DNA of 64,000 bases from Nageia nagi (taxonomy: Eukaryota; Plantae; Pinophyta), in contig JBITNC010000001.1 in the NCBI GenBank assembly GCA_050084985.1, forward strand, positions 187,736,001-187,800,000, read 5' to 3'. The first letter of the stretch is position 1; each line of letters starts with the position of its first letter. Of the stretch, positions 13,496 to 26,325 are shown in pieces. The notes under the pieces were generated by a model that worked only from the letters and a program-made list of their open reading frames with translations, ran no database searches and was not told where the DNA came from. A program made the translations under genes and the position numbers.

Positions 13496-16174
13496 AAAAT
13501 AATTGACATAGGTAGAAATGTATTTTAAATATATTTTTAATTTACTTTAGTATGTTTATAATGTATATAATGTAGTGCATCTTATCAAAAAATTCTTCAA
13601 ATTTTGTATTCTTCCATATTCTGCATACATGTCTTAGAGAATAAATATATATATATATTGCATCCTATAATCATTACAAATCATGAAACTATATTTTCAT
13701 CATCCATATAATCAAATAATGCATGGAAATTGTGTATTCTTCCTTATTTGGCATACATGTATTAAGATATTTTAAAAAAAACTCTATGGGTGTATATGGC
13801 CCGTGGTTGTTGTAACCATGAATTATATTTTCTTCAATCTTTGAATTGCATGAAACTTATTTTACATCATGCATAAATGTCTATAAAACTAGTGGAAATA
13901 TTGTTGATAATTATATTTTTATAGGTTTTTAGGACCTTTTGAAAAAATCCATTTTGTGCATTGCTCAACAAACAAGAATTTTGATCAAACTTTTGCTTCA
14001 CAAGCTGGAGTGCATAATAGACATCTCTCGGTTGAATGTTCCTCCTTAACAATAATATAAAGGCATAAATAGGCAATATGTGGAATCCAAGTTCATGTGA
14101 TGTATTGAATGATACCTAAGATGGAAAATATTTCATGCTATATTTAATTAAATAAATTTTTAGAAGTTGGAATGATCTAAAATAATTTGAATGTAAATGG
14201 AAAGTAAATCAATCACTTATGAAGGTGTAGCAATAAGGTATTGAAGTAATGGTAAGATAGAAATAGAACATTCTAAGATATTCCTCACCCATAGAAGCTA
14301 CCCCAATGGTGGGGATGGTCATAGATAAAATTTTGATGAATTGCTCCAAAAATGAGCTTATCCTAAGAGCATTGAGTAACAAACCAAGTCATAAAGTAAT
14401 CAATATACATTGTAATGATTACATGTATAATTATGGTTAATTATTAACCTATCTATTGAGGGTTTAAGTATTAACCAATGAAAATCTATGTGAAGTTGAT
14501 GTAGTGCAAAATTTGCATCAATTTTTCAAGAAATTAGTATATAAAATTTGGATGTATATGGCCCATGATTATTGTAAGTGTGAATTAGATTTTCACCAAT
14601 CATTGAATTGTATAAAACTATGTTTACATAATGGATTGTAGTTTCAAATTTGTTGTTGATCATTATATTTGCTTAAAAGTCTATAGGACCTTTTTAGAAA
14701 ATTTATTTTATGCATATCCTCCAATCATTTTAGAAAAAAGAAAAAGCAAAGTAGAATTAAGACTCCAAAATGGCATCTCATTCCTTAGAGAAACAATAAT
14801 TTTTGATTGATGCAACCTATTGATCTACATATCATCATCCATTATAACTAAAAATTTTGAGCAGTGAAGAGAATGAAACTTGTACCTTTGGTCAAGATGA
14901 AATTTATAGAGTTAAAAAATGCATGCATGTTTTAAATAGTTGTGTTTTTATAATAAATTTCTTGGTCTATTATCCTAAGATAGAGCATATAATTAAGCAA
15001 GTTCTACCTACATTTTGCCACCAATAGTATATAAAAAATCATGATAAGATATTTGGTATACATTCTTTATTCCATGAACTAACATCTACTTGAATCACAT
15101 AATCAAGGTCCTAAGTGCATTATCATGGTTTGATAGTAACACCCATAGGGTACAGAAATCCAATGTATTTCTAATAAGAAGAATAGTCAACTTTGTAATT
15201 GGCCATAATTATACATGTAATCATTGCAACATATCTCAATTACTTTAGGATATGGTTTTTTATGCACTACTCTTGGGACAAGCTCATTTTTGGAGCAATT
15301 TGTTAGTCTTTTATTTATGATCATCCCCATCACTAGGGTGGATTCTATAATGGATGAAGAATATCTTGGAATGTTCTATGTTTATATTTCCATTACTTCA
15401 ATACCTTATTGCTACACCTGTATAAGTGATTGATTTGTTCTCCATTTCCATTAAATTAATTTGATAAGATTCTATACTTTTATTAAATTAAAAATAACAT
15501 GACATATTTTATATCTTAGGTATCATTCAATACATCACACCAAATTGGATTCTACCTATTGCTTATTTATGCCTTTATATAAATATTTAGGATGAACATT
15601 CAATTCAAAGATTTCTATTCTACACTCCAATTTGTGAAGAAAAGTTTGTTTGCTCAAAATTGTTGTTTGTTGAGTAATGCAAAAAATGGATTTTCTCAAA
15701 AGGTCTTGCATACTTATAAGAAAATACAATTATCATTAGCAAAGTAGAACTTTGGAATCTTTCCACTACTTTCATAGACATGTATGCATAATGCAAACAA
15801 AGTTTCATGCAATTCAAAGATTGAAGAAAATTGAATTCATGGTTACAACAACCACAAGACATATGTACCCATATATTTTTTCAAAAATGTCCTAGGACAT
15901 GTATGGAAAATAATCAATAATACACAAGGTCCATGCATTATTTGATTATATGGATGATGAAAACATAGTTTCATAATTTGTAATGATTGTAGGATACATA
16001 AAATATAGGTCTTTATTTTTAAAATTCTCCAAGACATGTATGCAAAATATGGAAGAATACAAAAGGTCAAATAATTGTTTGATAAGATATACTACATTAT
16101 ATTGTACATCATCTACATAGTCAAGTAAATTACAGATATATTTAAAATACATTTTTACATCTATCAATGATTTC
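13496..16174. mobile_element. Foldback/MULE-like non-coding element with ~950-bp terminal inverted arms (13496-14445 and 15195-16174)
   Basis: The reverse complement of 15195-16174 aligns along 13496-14445 (shared blocks TCATCATCCATATAATCAAATAATGCATGGA, GTGATGTATTGAATGATACCTAAGAT, TTGCTCCAAAAATGAGCTT, GATTACATGTATAATTATGG). ~750-bp spacer. No TSD seen. Confidence 0.8.
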
Positions 16175-16299
16175 TACCAATGTTTACTTTAATTACATAC
16201 ATACATACTAACTTTCAAAAAAATAATTCCCTATATAAATAATCTTCAACGTACCCATAGTTAAGTCTTTGATGTAAAACATGCATTTAGTGGTCATTT

Positions 16300-18500
16300 C
16301 TGATGAAATGTTATCAACATACTGAAATGCAACAATGTTTCATCTAAAATACAACCACATTTTAGCTAAAACATAATGTGTAACTCTATAATTTGAATCC
16401 CTAAGTGTATATAAGATAAAATGCTAGCATATTCTTTTATATTTAGGCCTATTTGTTCATTTGATTTTCATGTTCTTAGAATAGAATTCGTTTGTTTCAT
16501 ATTCTAGGTTTATCTATCTTCACCTAAATTGTATGTATTTAGTTTTATAATTCATTATTTGGGTTAAAAATTAGATTGTGTGGTATGTTTGCTCTTTCTT
16601 GGAGTGTGGTGTGTGTGTTAGAGTTCTATGAGAACTCTATTTCAGATTGTAACTCAAGAGTGAGATTTCAGTAGTGTGTTTTTTCAGTGTTAGTGTGTGT
16701 TTATTCAAACATCAATACTATTATTTTAGATTATTCATCCATTAGTAAACATTGTTGATTCTGGTTCATTATGAAATTTATCTACTATATGAATATTAAT
16801 CAATGTATGTGTATTGAGATTTATTGAATTTATTTATATTCTTGACATGGTATCAAAGGTTGGTGGATTGTAGGATTAGAGAAAACCTATAGGGAACTTA
16901 GAAATGATTTATAAAAATATTTTTTGGTAGATTTCCTTTGAGGTTTCTTGTTACTCTAGTGTAATGGATATCAATACTAACTTCATGCTAGTTCTAGAAA
17001 TTTATAGAGAATTTTATTTTTTTGAGCATAAAAATGAAGAATTATATGTTAGAAAAAGGACTTTGGGATATTGTTGAAGAGGGCTACATAGAACTAGCAA
17101 ATTAGAGAATTCTTGCTCAAGATGAAAGAAGATTTAAGGAGGAGCAAAATCAAAATTGTTTAGCTCTTCTTTATATCATAAAAAATATGAAAAATAATTT
17201 TTTTTCACTTATTGTAAGTTGTAGAACAACTTTAGAAGCATGGAGAATATTGCAAGTTTATTTTGGGGTTGATAAAATCAGTCAAGAAAATGTTTGTTTT
17301 GTAAGCATGTGGGACCATTGTTGTTCCAAATTTGTGAAGAATATTAAAAAAGAAGAAGAGGCCATTATTTTTCCAAGAAGAGGTTTATATTATTCTAGAG
17401 GAAGATGAGGAAGAAGGGGTTTTACAATAGATAAGGAAAATAAAATAAAGAGTGCCACATGGAGGAGGCACACAAAATTGAAAAAAATATTATCGGAGAT
17501 ATATATCATGAATATGGAAAAATTGTTAAAGAAGAAAATGTTGAAGTTCCTTTAAAGTGGAAAAATGCAAATGGAAAAAATATTCTCATAGAAGATAATG
17601 TTGATGTTGATTTTTATCTTAGCAAGATAAATTTGGAAAATAAAAATGAAAGTACAATAATAATAATTTCTCTACGAGGGGAAAATGAAGATGTTGGAGC
17701 TATTCTAAAAGAGGATAATGATGAAATAAGTGTAGAAGCAAGATTTATAATGAAGCATCAACTTGAATAACACTCACATGGACTAGTAGATATGAATCTT
17801 AAAAAAATAGATTAAAATTTTGAAAAAGAAATTGCAACAATACATTATCTTGAAGATTGCGAGTTATTATCTTAAAATGGAAAAACTAGATTTTGATATT
17901 TATGGAAAAGAAGTACTAATGTAGAAATGTTGGAGTGAATATCATTCTTCAAGAATGGATGACAATTGTCTTGTAAAGATAGATTTGAATACTAGAGAAG
18001 AATCATTCATAATGGAGTGTTCATTTGAAGACCTTGGTATGCATATGTGTTTTGTAAAATCAAAATTTGAAGATGTTCTTATTGAGAAGATGATGGCTGG
18101 TCCATTGTAAGATTCTTGCTCAAATTTTGTTGATGAAAATAAGGAACAATCTATTAGCTTAATTCTTGACTTTTTTTCTTAATAAAGATAACTCTTCAAG
18201 AGTGAGGACTATTTTGTTGAAAGAGGAAAATAATAAAGACTATCTTATTGCAGATGTAACCATTTGATGATCCTCATGTTGTAACACTAATGGGGACTAT
18301 TTTTTTGAATATTGAAAATTATTTTGTAGAAGATGAGGACTATCTTCTAGGGGAAATGATAAATGATGAAGATTTTTTTTATCGAAGAGGAACCAAGAAG
18401 AATTCTTATTGAAGATGAGAAAATGGATGCTTATGAAGAAAAAAATAATAAAAAATGAATATATGGAGTAGTATAAAGAGAAAATATTGAATGAAAAGGA
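16300..18500 (+). mobile_element. Ty1/copia gag-only remnant (LTR ~16300-16847, gag N-terminus, acidic repetitive tail, no pol)
   Basis: KMKNYMLEKGLWDIVEEGY and ALLYII...FFSLIVSCRTTLEAWRILQVYFG match the Copia gag N-terminus. The downstream Glu/Asp-rich sequence has no PR/INT/RT motifs. LTR start is uncertain. Confidence 0.65.
16848..16858 (+). promoter_or_regulatory. tRNA-Met PBS following a putative Copia LTR end
   Basis: TTGACA|TGGTATCAAAG, near-canonical TGGTATCAGAG, with gag ~170 bp downstream. Confidence 0.75.
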
Positions 18501-18574
18501 AATGTGTATAGAAGAACCAAGCCGAGTACTTGTTGATATTATACTATATTTCCTTTATTTAATTTAAACATAAC

Positions 18575-20830
18575 TAGGTGCTTACATTGTATCCTCAACC
18601 CTATATGTTTATTTATGATGGATTCCTAGAGTTTGTTGCTTTGAAGTATTATAGGTTAATTCATACTATTAATCTTGATCCAAATTATTCCATTGCTTCA
18701 TATGGTTGATTTTTAATATTTAAATTAAATTTATCAAATATTTAAATACAACTTCAGTTGATTTTAGTTCTTGGTATAGTGTTGGCACAATAGTTATATC
18801 CATGCTTAGTTTTGCAAAAGTTTTCCTATAATTATATCAAGTGTATTATCCACCATACAAAAACTATTGGAATCTATAGTCCAATATGTGCACTACTATG
18901 ATAACAAATACTTGCAAATTGTTAGAATATAATCCAATATGTGCAATATAGATGATCAACTCATGACTAAATATTAATTATTGTCCTAAAGCTTTCTAAA
19001 AATGATCTTCATTAACTTCAAAATTTTTGATTTGAACTTTGATCTTCATCTAACCATAAGAGAGTTGGATTTCTATAGGCCCATGAAATGATAGGTTGTT
19101 TGCCTCCTATTCCAAGCTTTGAAATGTTAAGTAAGAGTTCTCAATATTTTGATAATCTGAGGATATCAAAATAATTTATTTCTTTCTTATATAAATAGTT
19201 AAACTTGCTAATATTATAAGTCAAATTTAAAGGGAATATTTTTTCAAATTTTCTTCCATTATAAAATTTAAAGTTGATTACAACAAAGTAACAAATGTAG
19301 AAATATAATTATGTTATTTTTTCCTCATTGTTTCATCCAAACTAAATAAATTGGATAGTGGGATTAGATACCAATATGAAACTATTAGTTGATCTTTATC
19401 TAAAAGAAATCAAACATAATCAATTATACTTAATCCTCTGTACCCTAGTTTTTTTTGAAGAAAAGATTAATGTAAACCCTTATATAGAACATTAAATTCT
19501 TCATATTACCAAGAAGTAAGGAAGAAAATAAAAAATTACAAGTAGAAGTCACATGATAATATCAAGGGATCACTCTTAGCAAAAATAGTGGAGATTGACA
19601 AAAAAGTTGCTAAACTTATTTTTCATCTATTATGACTTAATATTAAAATTATAGCTCATTGCATATATTATGCATCTTTTTTACTATTAGAGATTGTCTA
19701 AGAAAATAGCTTGTTGAAAATTCATGAACCAAAAAATATAATCCATTCAAAGGCATTTATATAATCTATTGAGAACACTAAAATCCACAAGAGTGCACAT
19801 TTGAAAATGTAACTTATTAAGTTAGCCATGTACTAAAAATCCATAATCTTGATCACAATTACATGGTTATGGTAATGATGCAAACTATACAAGAACATAT
19901 ATAGGAAAATAACTCAAGTAAATCTTGGTCAAAAGCTACTTTAATAAAATAATCATATCTTGATTAACAAATCCTAAGAGGTACTATAAACATAAGGGAC
20001 AAGATGCACAAATAAGGAGAGGTGAAAAAAACTTACAGCTGGATTGGTCACTATTTTTGCTCCATTTGTTCCCTTGCATAGTTCCTAAAAAGCAACCTGA
20101 GTTCTTGCATATTGAATAATTTTACAATTGAAAAAAACTTCAAGATAATCATATTTAACATTATTTATAATTACAAATACCTTAAAGTTTGGAATATGTG
20201 GTTTCCCTTCCTTTGTTGTCTCATATATAGGTGCAGAGACACATGCTTTTCATGCATATTCTTGTAATTAGATTTTGAAAAATAGGTTCAACATGCCTAA
20301 AAATATTAATCTTCACATGAATGTATTTATTAAAGCTCAATTATTTAGAAGAAAAATCTATGCACCTCATGCAAATCATATGCTCATGAATAGACATTTA
20401 AAAAAAAATACAAACAAACACTTGGTATTTGATAGCATTGCAATTGTTGCATACCTCCACTTGGTATGAAAGAAATAATACTAGCAGAATATGGGTATAA
20501 TATTTCCTTCTAAACCTTCCAAGGATATTACCTTCTTTATTTACTCAGAAAGTGTGATTTCCTTTTCTTCACATCCTTAATACCCTATTCATAACCCATA
20601 TGTTTTCTCCATTCCCAATGCCAATTATGAATGGTGGATTTACATGGAAAAATTTCCAACATGATGGTCTTCATAATGCCCACACAAGCCACATGGGTGG
20701 TGTTTTAATTTCCATTAATCACAATAAATATGAACATATTTATTGATAATCCATGTCATTGATAGAATATTTAGATGCTTGTATTGAATGGTCTAGTGTA
20801 TGGAAAGGAGTGCCTACCTTTCATTTTTAT
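18575..20830 (-). pseudogene. Multi-exon Cys/His-rich pseudogene, putative KDZ/Zisupton-like transposase
   Basis: Minus-strand splice donors (gtaag ~18585, gtaagt ~20036, gtattt ~20180). Motifs CGLCGHYEDHH (~20670), CNNC...MRCIDF...IHVKINIF (20300-20455), FSYICS (~19900), HGYNYCANTIPR (~18785), EAME*FGSRL (~18685). Confidence 0.4.
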
Positions 20831-20899
20831 GCTTCAAAATATTCTTGAAATAATTTTCCTACACTTGATCAAATGGTTTGGATACAACTTGCTCAAACA

Positions 20900-21875
20900 T
20901 TAGAGTCACTCACCTATAGTTCACCCAATTCTTGAATCTCTAAGCCTTATGATCTTATAAAATATCAAGGGATTGTAAAGGCTATATTTGGATTTAGCAA
21001 TTTATGAAGGATTAGAGATCTTTATTCTAAGATAAGTACTAATTTGGGTATCAAGATGTATATGTACCAAGTTGCTAAGATATGCTTTGTTTACTTTGAA
21101 ATGAGTTAGCAACTAGTGAGGATTGAGGTGATAAGTATGTAAGTACTAGAGCATTTAATAACTTTAAGCTTGAGCTAGTTCACATTGTGGACTTGTCACT
21201 TTCTTATGGTTCACTTGATTCCTAAATTTTCAAGCCTCAAAGCCCTACTTTAATGTCTATATTATAATTTAATAGTTCATGGAGAATTGGAGATATTTAT
21301 TTTGAGATAAGTTCTAGTTTGGGAATTGGGATGGATATGTGCCAACTTGCCAAGACATACTTTGTTTGCTTTGAAATTAGTTAGCAACTAGTGAGGATTA
21401 AGGTGATAAGTATGCAAGTACTAGAGAATTTAATACCTTGAGGCTTGAGCTAGTTCATATTGTGGACCTATCACTCACTTATGGTTCACTTGATTTCTGA
21501 ATCTCCAATCCAAAAGGCCCTATCAAATGTCAAGGGATTGTAAAGGCTATATTCTAATTTAACAATTCATGGAGGATTGGAGATACTTGTTCTAAGACAA
21601 GTATTAGTTTTGGAATTAGGATGGATACATGCCAAATTACCAAGATATATATATTTTTACTTTGCAATGAGTTAGCAACTAGTGAGGATTGAGGTGATAA
21701 GTATGTAAGTACAAGAGCATTTAATACCTTGAGGCTTGAGCTAGTTTGTGTTATGGACTTTTCGCTCACTTGTGGTTCACTTGATTCCTAAATATCCAAG
21801 CCTCAAGGCCTATTAACTTTCAAGGGATTGTAAAGGCTATATTTTGATTTAATAGTTCATGAAGGATTGGAGATA
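20900..21875 (-). repeat. Tandem array of ~3.3 units of ~291 bp (97 codons), probably a coding repeat
   Basis: GTTAGCAACTAGTGAGGA recurs at 21105, 21380 and 21671; CAAGGGATTGTAAAGGCTAT recurs at 20965, 21531 and 21821. Minus-strand Ser-rich frame ...TSSSLKVLNALVLTYLSPQSSLVANS.... Confidence 0.9.
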
Positions 21876-22380
21876 CCACTAGAAATCCTCTTATTTGCAT
21901 CATTTTTGTGTCCAAATATAGTGTATATTTTTTCATATTTTTCACTCAAAACTGACATAAATTTGGATGCAATTAACACAACAAAATTTGTGTTATTTTT
22001 CGCATCTTTAAAGGTATTTTTTGCTTCTAAACATGTCATTTAGCATTTTTTTGCATCCTTTTTACATCATTTGGATTCTTTTTTGATGTCATTTAGTATC
22101 TTCTTTTGCATCATTTTGTGTCTTATTTTGCATCGGCATTTGCATCTAATTGTGTCTAATTTAGCATCCTTAGGCATCATTTTTTACATAAGTTTTTAAA
22201 GAAAATTTTAAAAAATTTAATTTTAAATAGTTAATATAATTTTATTTAATTTCATTAATTCAATAATTAAAATATATTATAATTATATATCAAAATATAT
22301 ACATAACAAATGCCAAAATACACCAAAAATATGCTAAAATATACCAAAATACATCACAAATATGCCGAATATGCTAAAAA

Positions 22381-22384
<4 letters not shown>

Positions 22385-22462
<78 letters not shown>

Positions 22463-22482
22463 GTTTGTGTGTGTGTGTGTGT
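22385..22482. repeat. Compound (TA)n(TG)n microsatellite
   Basis: Directly visible. Confidence 0.98.
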
Positions 22483-22679
22483 AAAAGTGATAACATATAT
22501 GTCAAAAAAATGATAACATCCATATCAAAATATATACGTCTAAATATGCCAAAATGATATACATATATGTTAAAATATGACAAAATGATATACATATATA
22601 TGTCAAAATGATTACATATACATCTATATCATTACATCCATATCATATAGTACATCAAAATGATACAATGGTATTCACA

Positions 22680-24480
22680 TCATGAGTACATACTAGCCCT
22701 TGACATCAACATCCTTGCTAGATGACTCACTACTTGAGCCACTACCAAACCCACTAGCTGACTTGCTCACTGACTCATCATGAACATTATAATCATTTAA
22801 TCTAAAAAAATCCTCATATTTCACATCATTTGGTTCCCTCAATGGTTATGCTTGATCACTTGCAAGTCATGCTGCTCTATCTAACCTTACGATGCACCCG
22901 CCTATAATGCACCCACTTACAATGCACCTACATATAAATAATAAAAAATAAATGTTAGTAAATAATCAAACTTTCCAAAAATATACATCACCTAAAATGA
23001 ATTTATATGCCTTTATTAATTAAAATAATTGTAATTACTTACACTAGCATTTAGCCTATCGCTTAGGGCATGGTAACCATATGTGATGTCAAATTATCAT
23101 TCGTTATCATCAGGGAACCAATTGAAATATCTCAAATACAAAAAAATAATTAGTAATATATTAAAAATATTTATCTATTCATTTAAAAAAATAAATATAA
23201 TTGAAAATCATATGCACTAAATATACTTACAAATTGGGCATCCATAAATCTCCTCCCTCCACTTCCCATTCGATGCATAATATTGCATCCTAGTTTGGCA
23301 AGTCAGGACTTTTTCACTTTTTCTTATGACATCTCCTTGCCTTCTGCTTTCCTCTTATCCACCTTGACCACTTTCTTCAATAGCATATTCCAAGCCTTTT
23401 TATGAAATAATCAATTAGTATTATATTAAAAAAATTAATTAATTAGGTTCAACTATTAAATATCAAGGAACATATTCCATACCTTCTTAAGGATGTAAAT
23501 TGGTTTCATTTCTAAGTTTATTTGGTTAGGAGGGGTCATCAATTTTCATCTCATGTAATCTCTAACCCTTTTTAGATTCAACCCAGCCTGTTGGAGCACT
23601 TTCTTCTCACTCCACCCTTCACAGAATTCATGTTTTAGATTTGTTATTATCCTTTTTTTTTGCTAAACATACACAAATTATAACATATTAGTTTTATTTT
23701 CTTGAAATATTTAATGAAAAAAACCAAATATACATACAAAAAAATGATGCAAATAATAAAAAAATAAACATACCAAAATCATCTTTCTTTTTCCATGGCT
23801 TATCAAGTGTTTCTGCAAATTCTATTACTGTAACATTCTTGAGTGCTTTGTAAAAAAGTGAACATAAAAAATAATTAAAAGCATGTTAGTAAATAAATAT
23901 ATTTCTAATCAATATATAAATTTATATTTTTTAAACATAAACTATTACCATTTTATCTTTTAGGACCTCTCCATTCGACCTCACAAAAATTTGAAGATTT
24001 CTAGATCCTTGAGTCATTGTCAACCTAGACTATTAATTTATTGACTCTCCATATACATATATTGCATGGATCACATCATAATATGATTCAAAACAAAAAT
24101 TAAAATAATTTTTCATTACTTTTTAATAAAATAACTAATTATAAAGAATTACTAGAAGCAACTCCCTATCTCTATGGTGTGCTAACACCACCTAGTCCTC
24201 TAGCCTCCCCACCAATAAACATTCTCATCAATTTGTCAAAGGTGAACATATATTTACCCATTTCTACAACACCCTTTAACTTCTTTGACTATTCAACAAA
24301 ATAAATAAATAAGTAATTACATGTCCTACTTAATGAAATATATATATTATTATTGGATCCTATGTTGATATTACATAATACATATGGATACTTACAAGCT
24401 TGTTTTATTTTTTTGTAAGGTCATCTTGATCTTTATCACCCTTCTTTTGGTTCCCCATATATTCTCAATGGTGATCACTC
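22680..24480 (-). pseudogene. Multi-exon CACTA TnpA/Ptta-like (Transposase_24-like) pseudogene
   Basis: GT-AG-bounded minus-strand exons: ALKNVTVIEFAETLDKPWKKKD; KHEFCEGWSEKKVLQQAGLNLKRVRDYMR...KPIYILKK; AWNMLLK...KEMS*EKVKKS*LAK...HRMGSGGRRFMDAQF; FPDDNE...GY. This fits the W..L...S.K.K..R...H.GSGG pattern of En/Spm-associated ORFs. Confidence 0.55.
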
Positions 24481-25449
24481 AAATAAAGTAAATAGAATTT
24501 TATTGATGTTAATATTATAGAATAAAAAACCACTATTTAATTTACATTCTACTATAAGTTGCCAAAATATATCCACAACAATGTATGAACTACTTAATAT
24601 GCATACAAAAAAAATATACATATTTAAATATTTTCTATTGTACAATGATGAAATTATGAATTCTTCACTAATAGGGATCCCTTAATAGTGATGAATGAGG
24701 ACCACTAAAGGCAAAATGAATAGGAAAAATAAATTTTAAAAGGGATAGGAGCCACTAAGAGGATGGGAAGGTTCATCACTCACTTGATCTATTTGACATA
24801 AAGTATCATCCCTTGCCAATGATAATCTATAAGCCAACCAAGGACTCCTAAATATTTAAAAATACAATAAAATTTCCATAATTGTACTATACATGAGTGG
24901 AAATTAGGACTTTGAAGCATATTTTAAAGATTTTGTATAAGGAGAGTTTCTTCATGGCCTAATAAGAAAGTTTACTTTCAACCTTAGAGCCTATGCATTT
25001 AAATAACTTTGTAGGGGAGATTTGAAAGGTAAAGGATATACATGGGAATTTTAAGGGGGTGAACATTAATGTAAGGAGAAGAGGTCAATAATTTCATCTA
25101 GAATTAGAGTTTTGCATTTAGATTTGAATTTTAACTAGTGAGCTTCATAATCACACTAATATGTGAAAGTAATTAGAAACAACAATTAAGGTTTATAGGC
25201 ATACATGTTATGTTTACATTTATATGAAAATTATTTGAGTTAAATCAATTTTGTATGGTGGAGCATAAATGGGTATTGTAGGTTTTTAAAACCTTGGTTA
25301 TCTTTTCTATCTATTTTGAGTTTAATCCATCATTTTATTGTAGATAGAGACATGATTATATAAAAACCATGTACCTTAAACTATTATATCTTTTTGTCAA
25401 ATTTGAATGAGGGTTTTGTTTTCATTTGTTCTATTATTATTTCCTTTTG

Positions 25450-26325
25450 ATTGGTAATTCATAGGTTTCTTGTATTTTATTTGATGAAATTTCAACTTAG
25501 TTGTAAGTTTGTAAGGAGAGCTAGTAATTTCAATTTTGATATAGGTTTCTAAATCTATTACCTATATCATCGATAGAAATTAAAATTATTATGATTAATT
25601 TATTTGTGTATTTAAATAGTGCTCTACCACACTTTAGAATATTTTTGAATAGTTTTCATAATACTTCATGAATGTTTTTGAATGAAATTCACAACTTTAT
25701 TTCTCCTCTATCATGATCATCTATATTTTTAAGATGTCAAACACCTTATATTTGAATTTCAAAACTAAAATCCAATACCTTCTTAAGAAATCATCAATTA
25801 AAGATATGTAATAAATATAATTATCAATTATTCATATGTTCATAGTTCCATATAGATTGATTTGCATAATCTCAATAATCTTATAATCCCTCTAAGCCTT
25901 TGCATGAAGGAACTTATATGTAGTATGCTTTCTCCAAAGTACACCCTTAATGAATATCCTTCCTTTCTTTAATGATGTTTCCCAAATACCAATTATTTGG
26001 TGGTCATTCTTTGAAAATTGGATAAACCAAAGTGTTTATGCCTCTAATATCATAACCAAATTGAATCTTCCATGGTTACATGACATAAAATAACTCCATT
26101 TCTAGCCCTAACCTCGAATGAAAATTTATATTTTTTTATATGAATTATTTTCATAATTTATATATATTTAAAATGAAGCACATAATCTTCTAAGATCATC
26201 CTTATTAAAGGTAATCTCATAATTAAATCATGTATACTTCCCCACACTATGCAAACTATGTTTCATCTTTGGAGCATAATATATATCATTCTTTTAGCAT
26301 TCTCAATGTCCACATTTATGACTCC
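25450..26325 (-). mobile_element. Internally deleted Ty1/copia pol remnant (PR C-terminus, GAG-pre-integrase, INT)
   Basis: Minus-strand DIYYAPKMKHSLHSVG, an LWHxRxGH-like motif, IMQINLYGTM (IHxDLCGPM), LIDDFLRRYW, DRGE and YKLT. Confidence 0.7.

Noticed and set aside
20900-21875. CRISPR-like array
   Set aside because: The units are ~291-bp full tandem copies without unique spacers, in a eukaryotic context with no cas genes.
22310-22513. ORF with YIYIYI/VCVC repeats
   Set aside because: It is a translation of the microsatellite.
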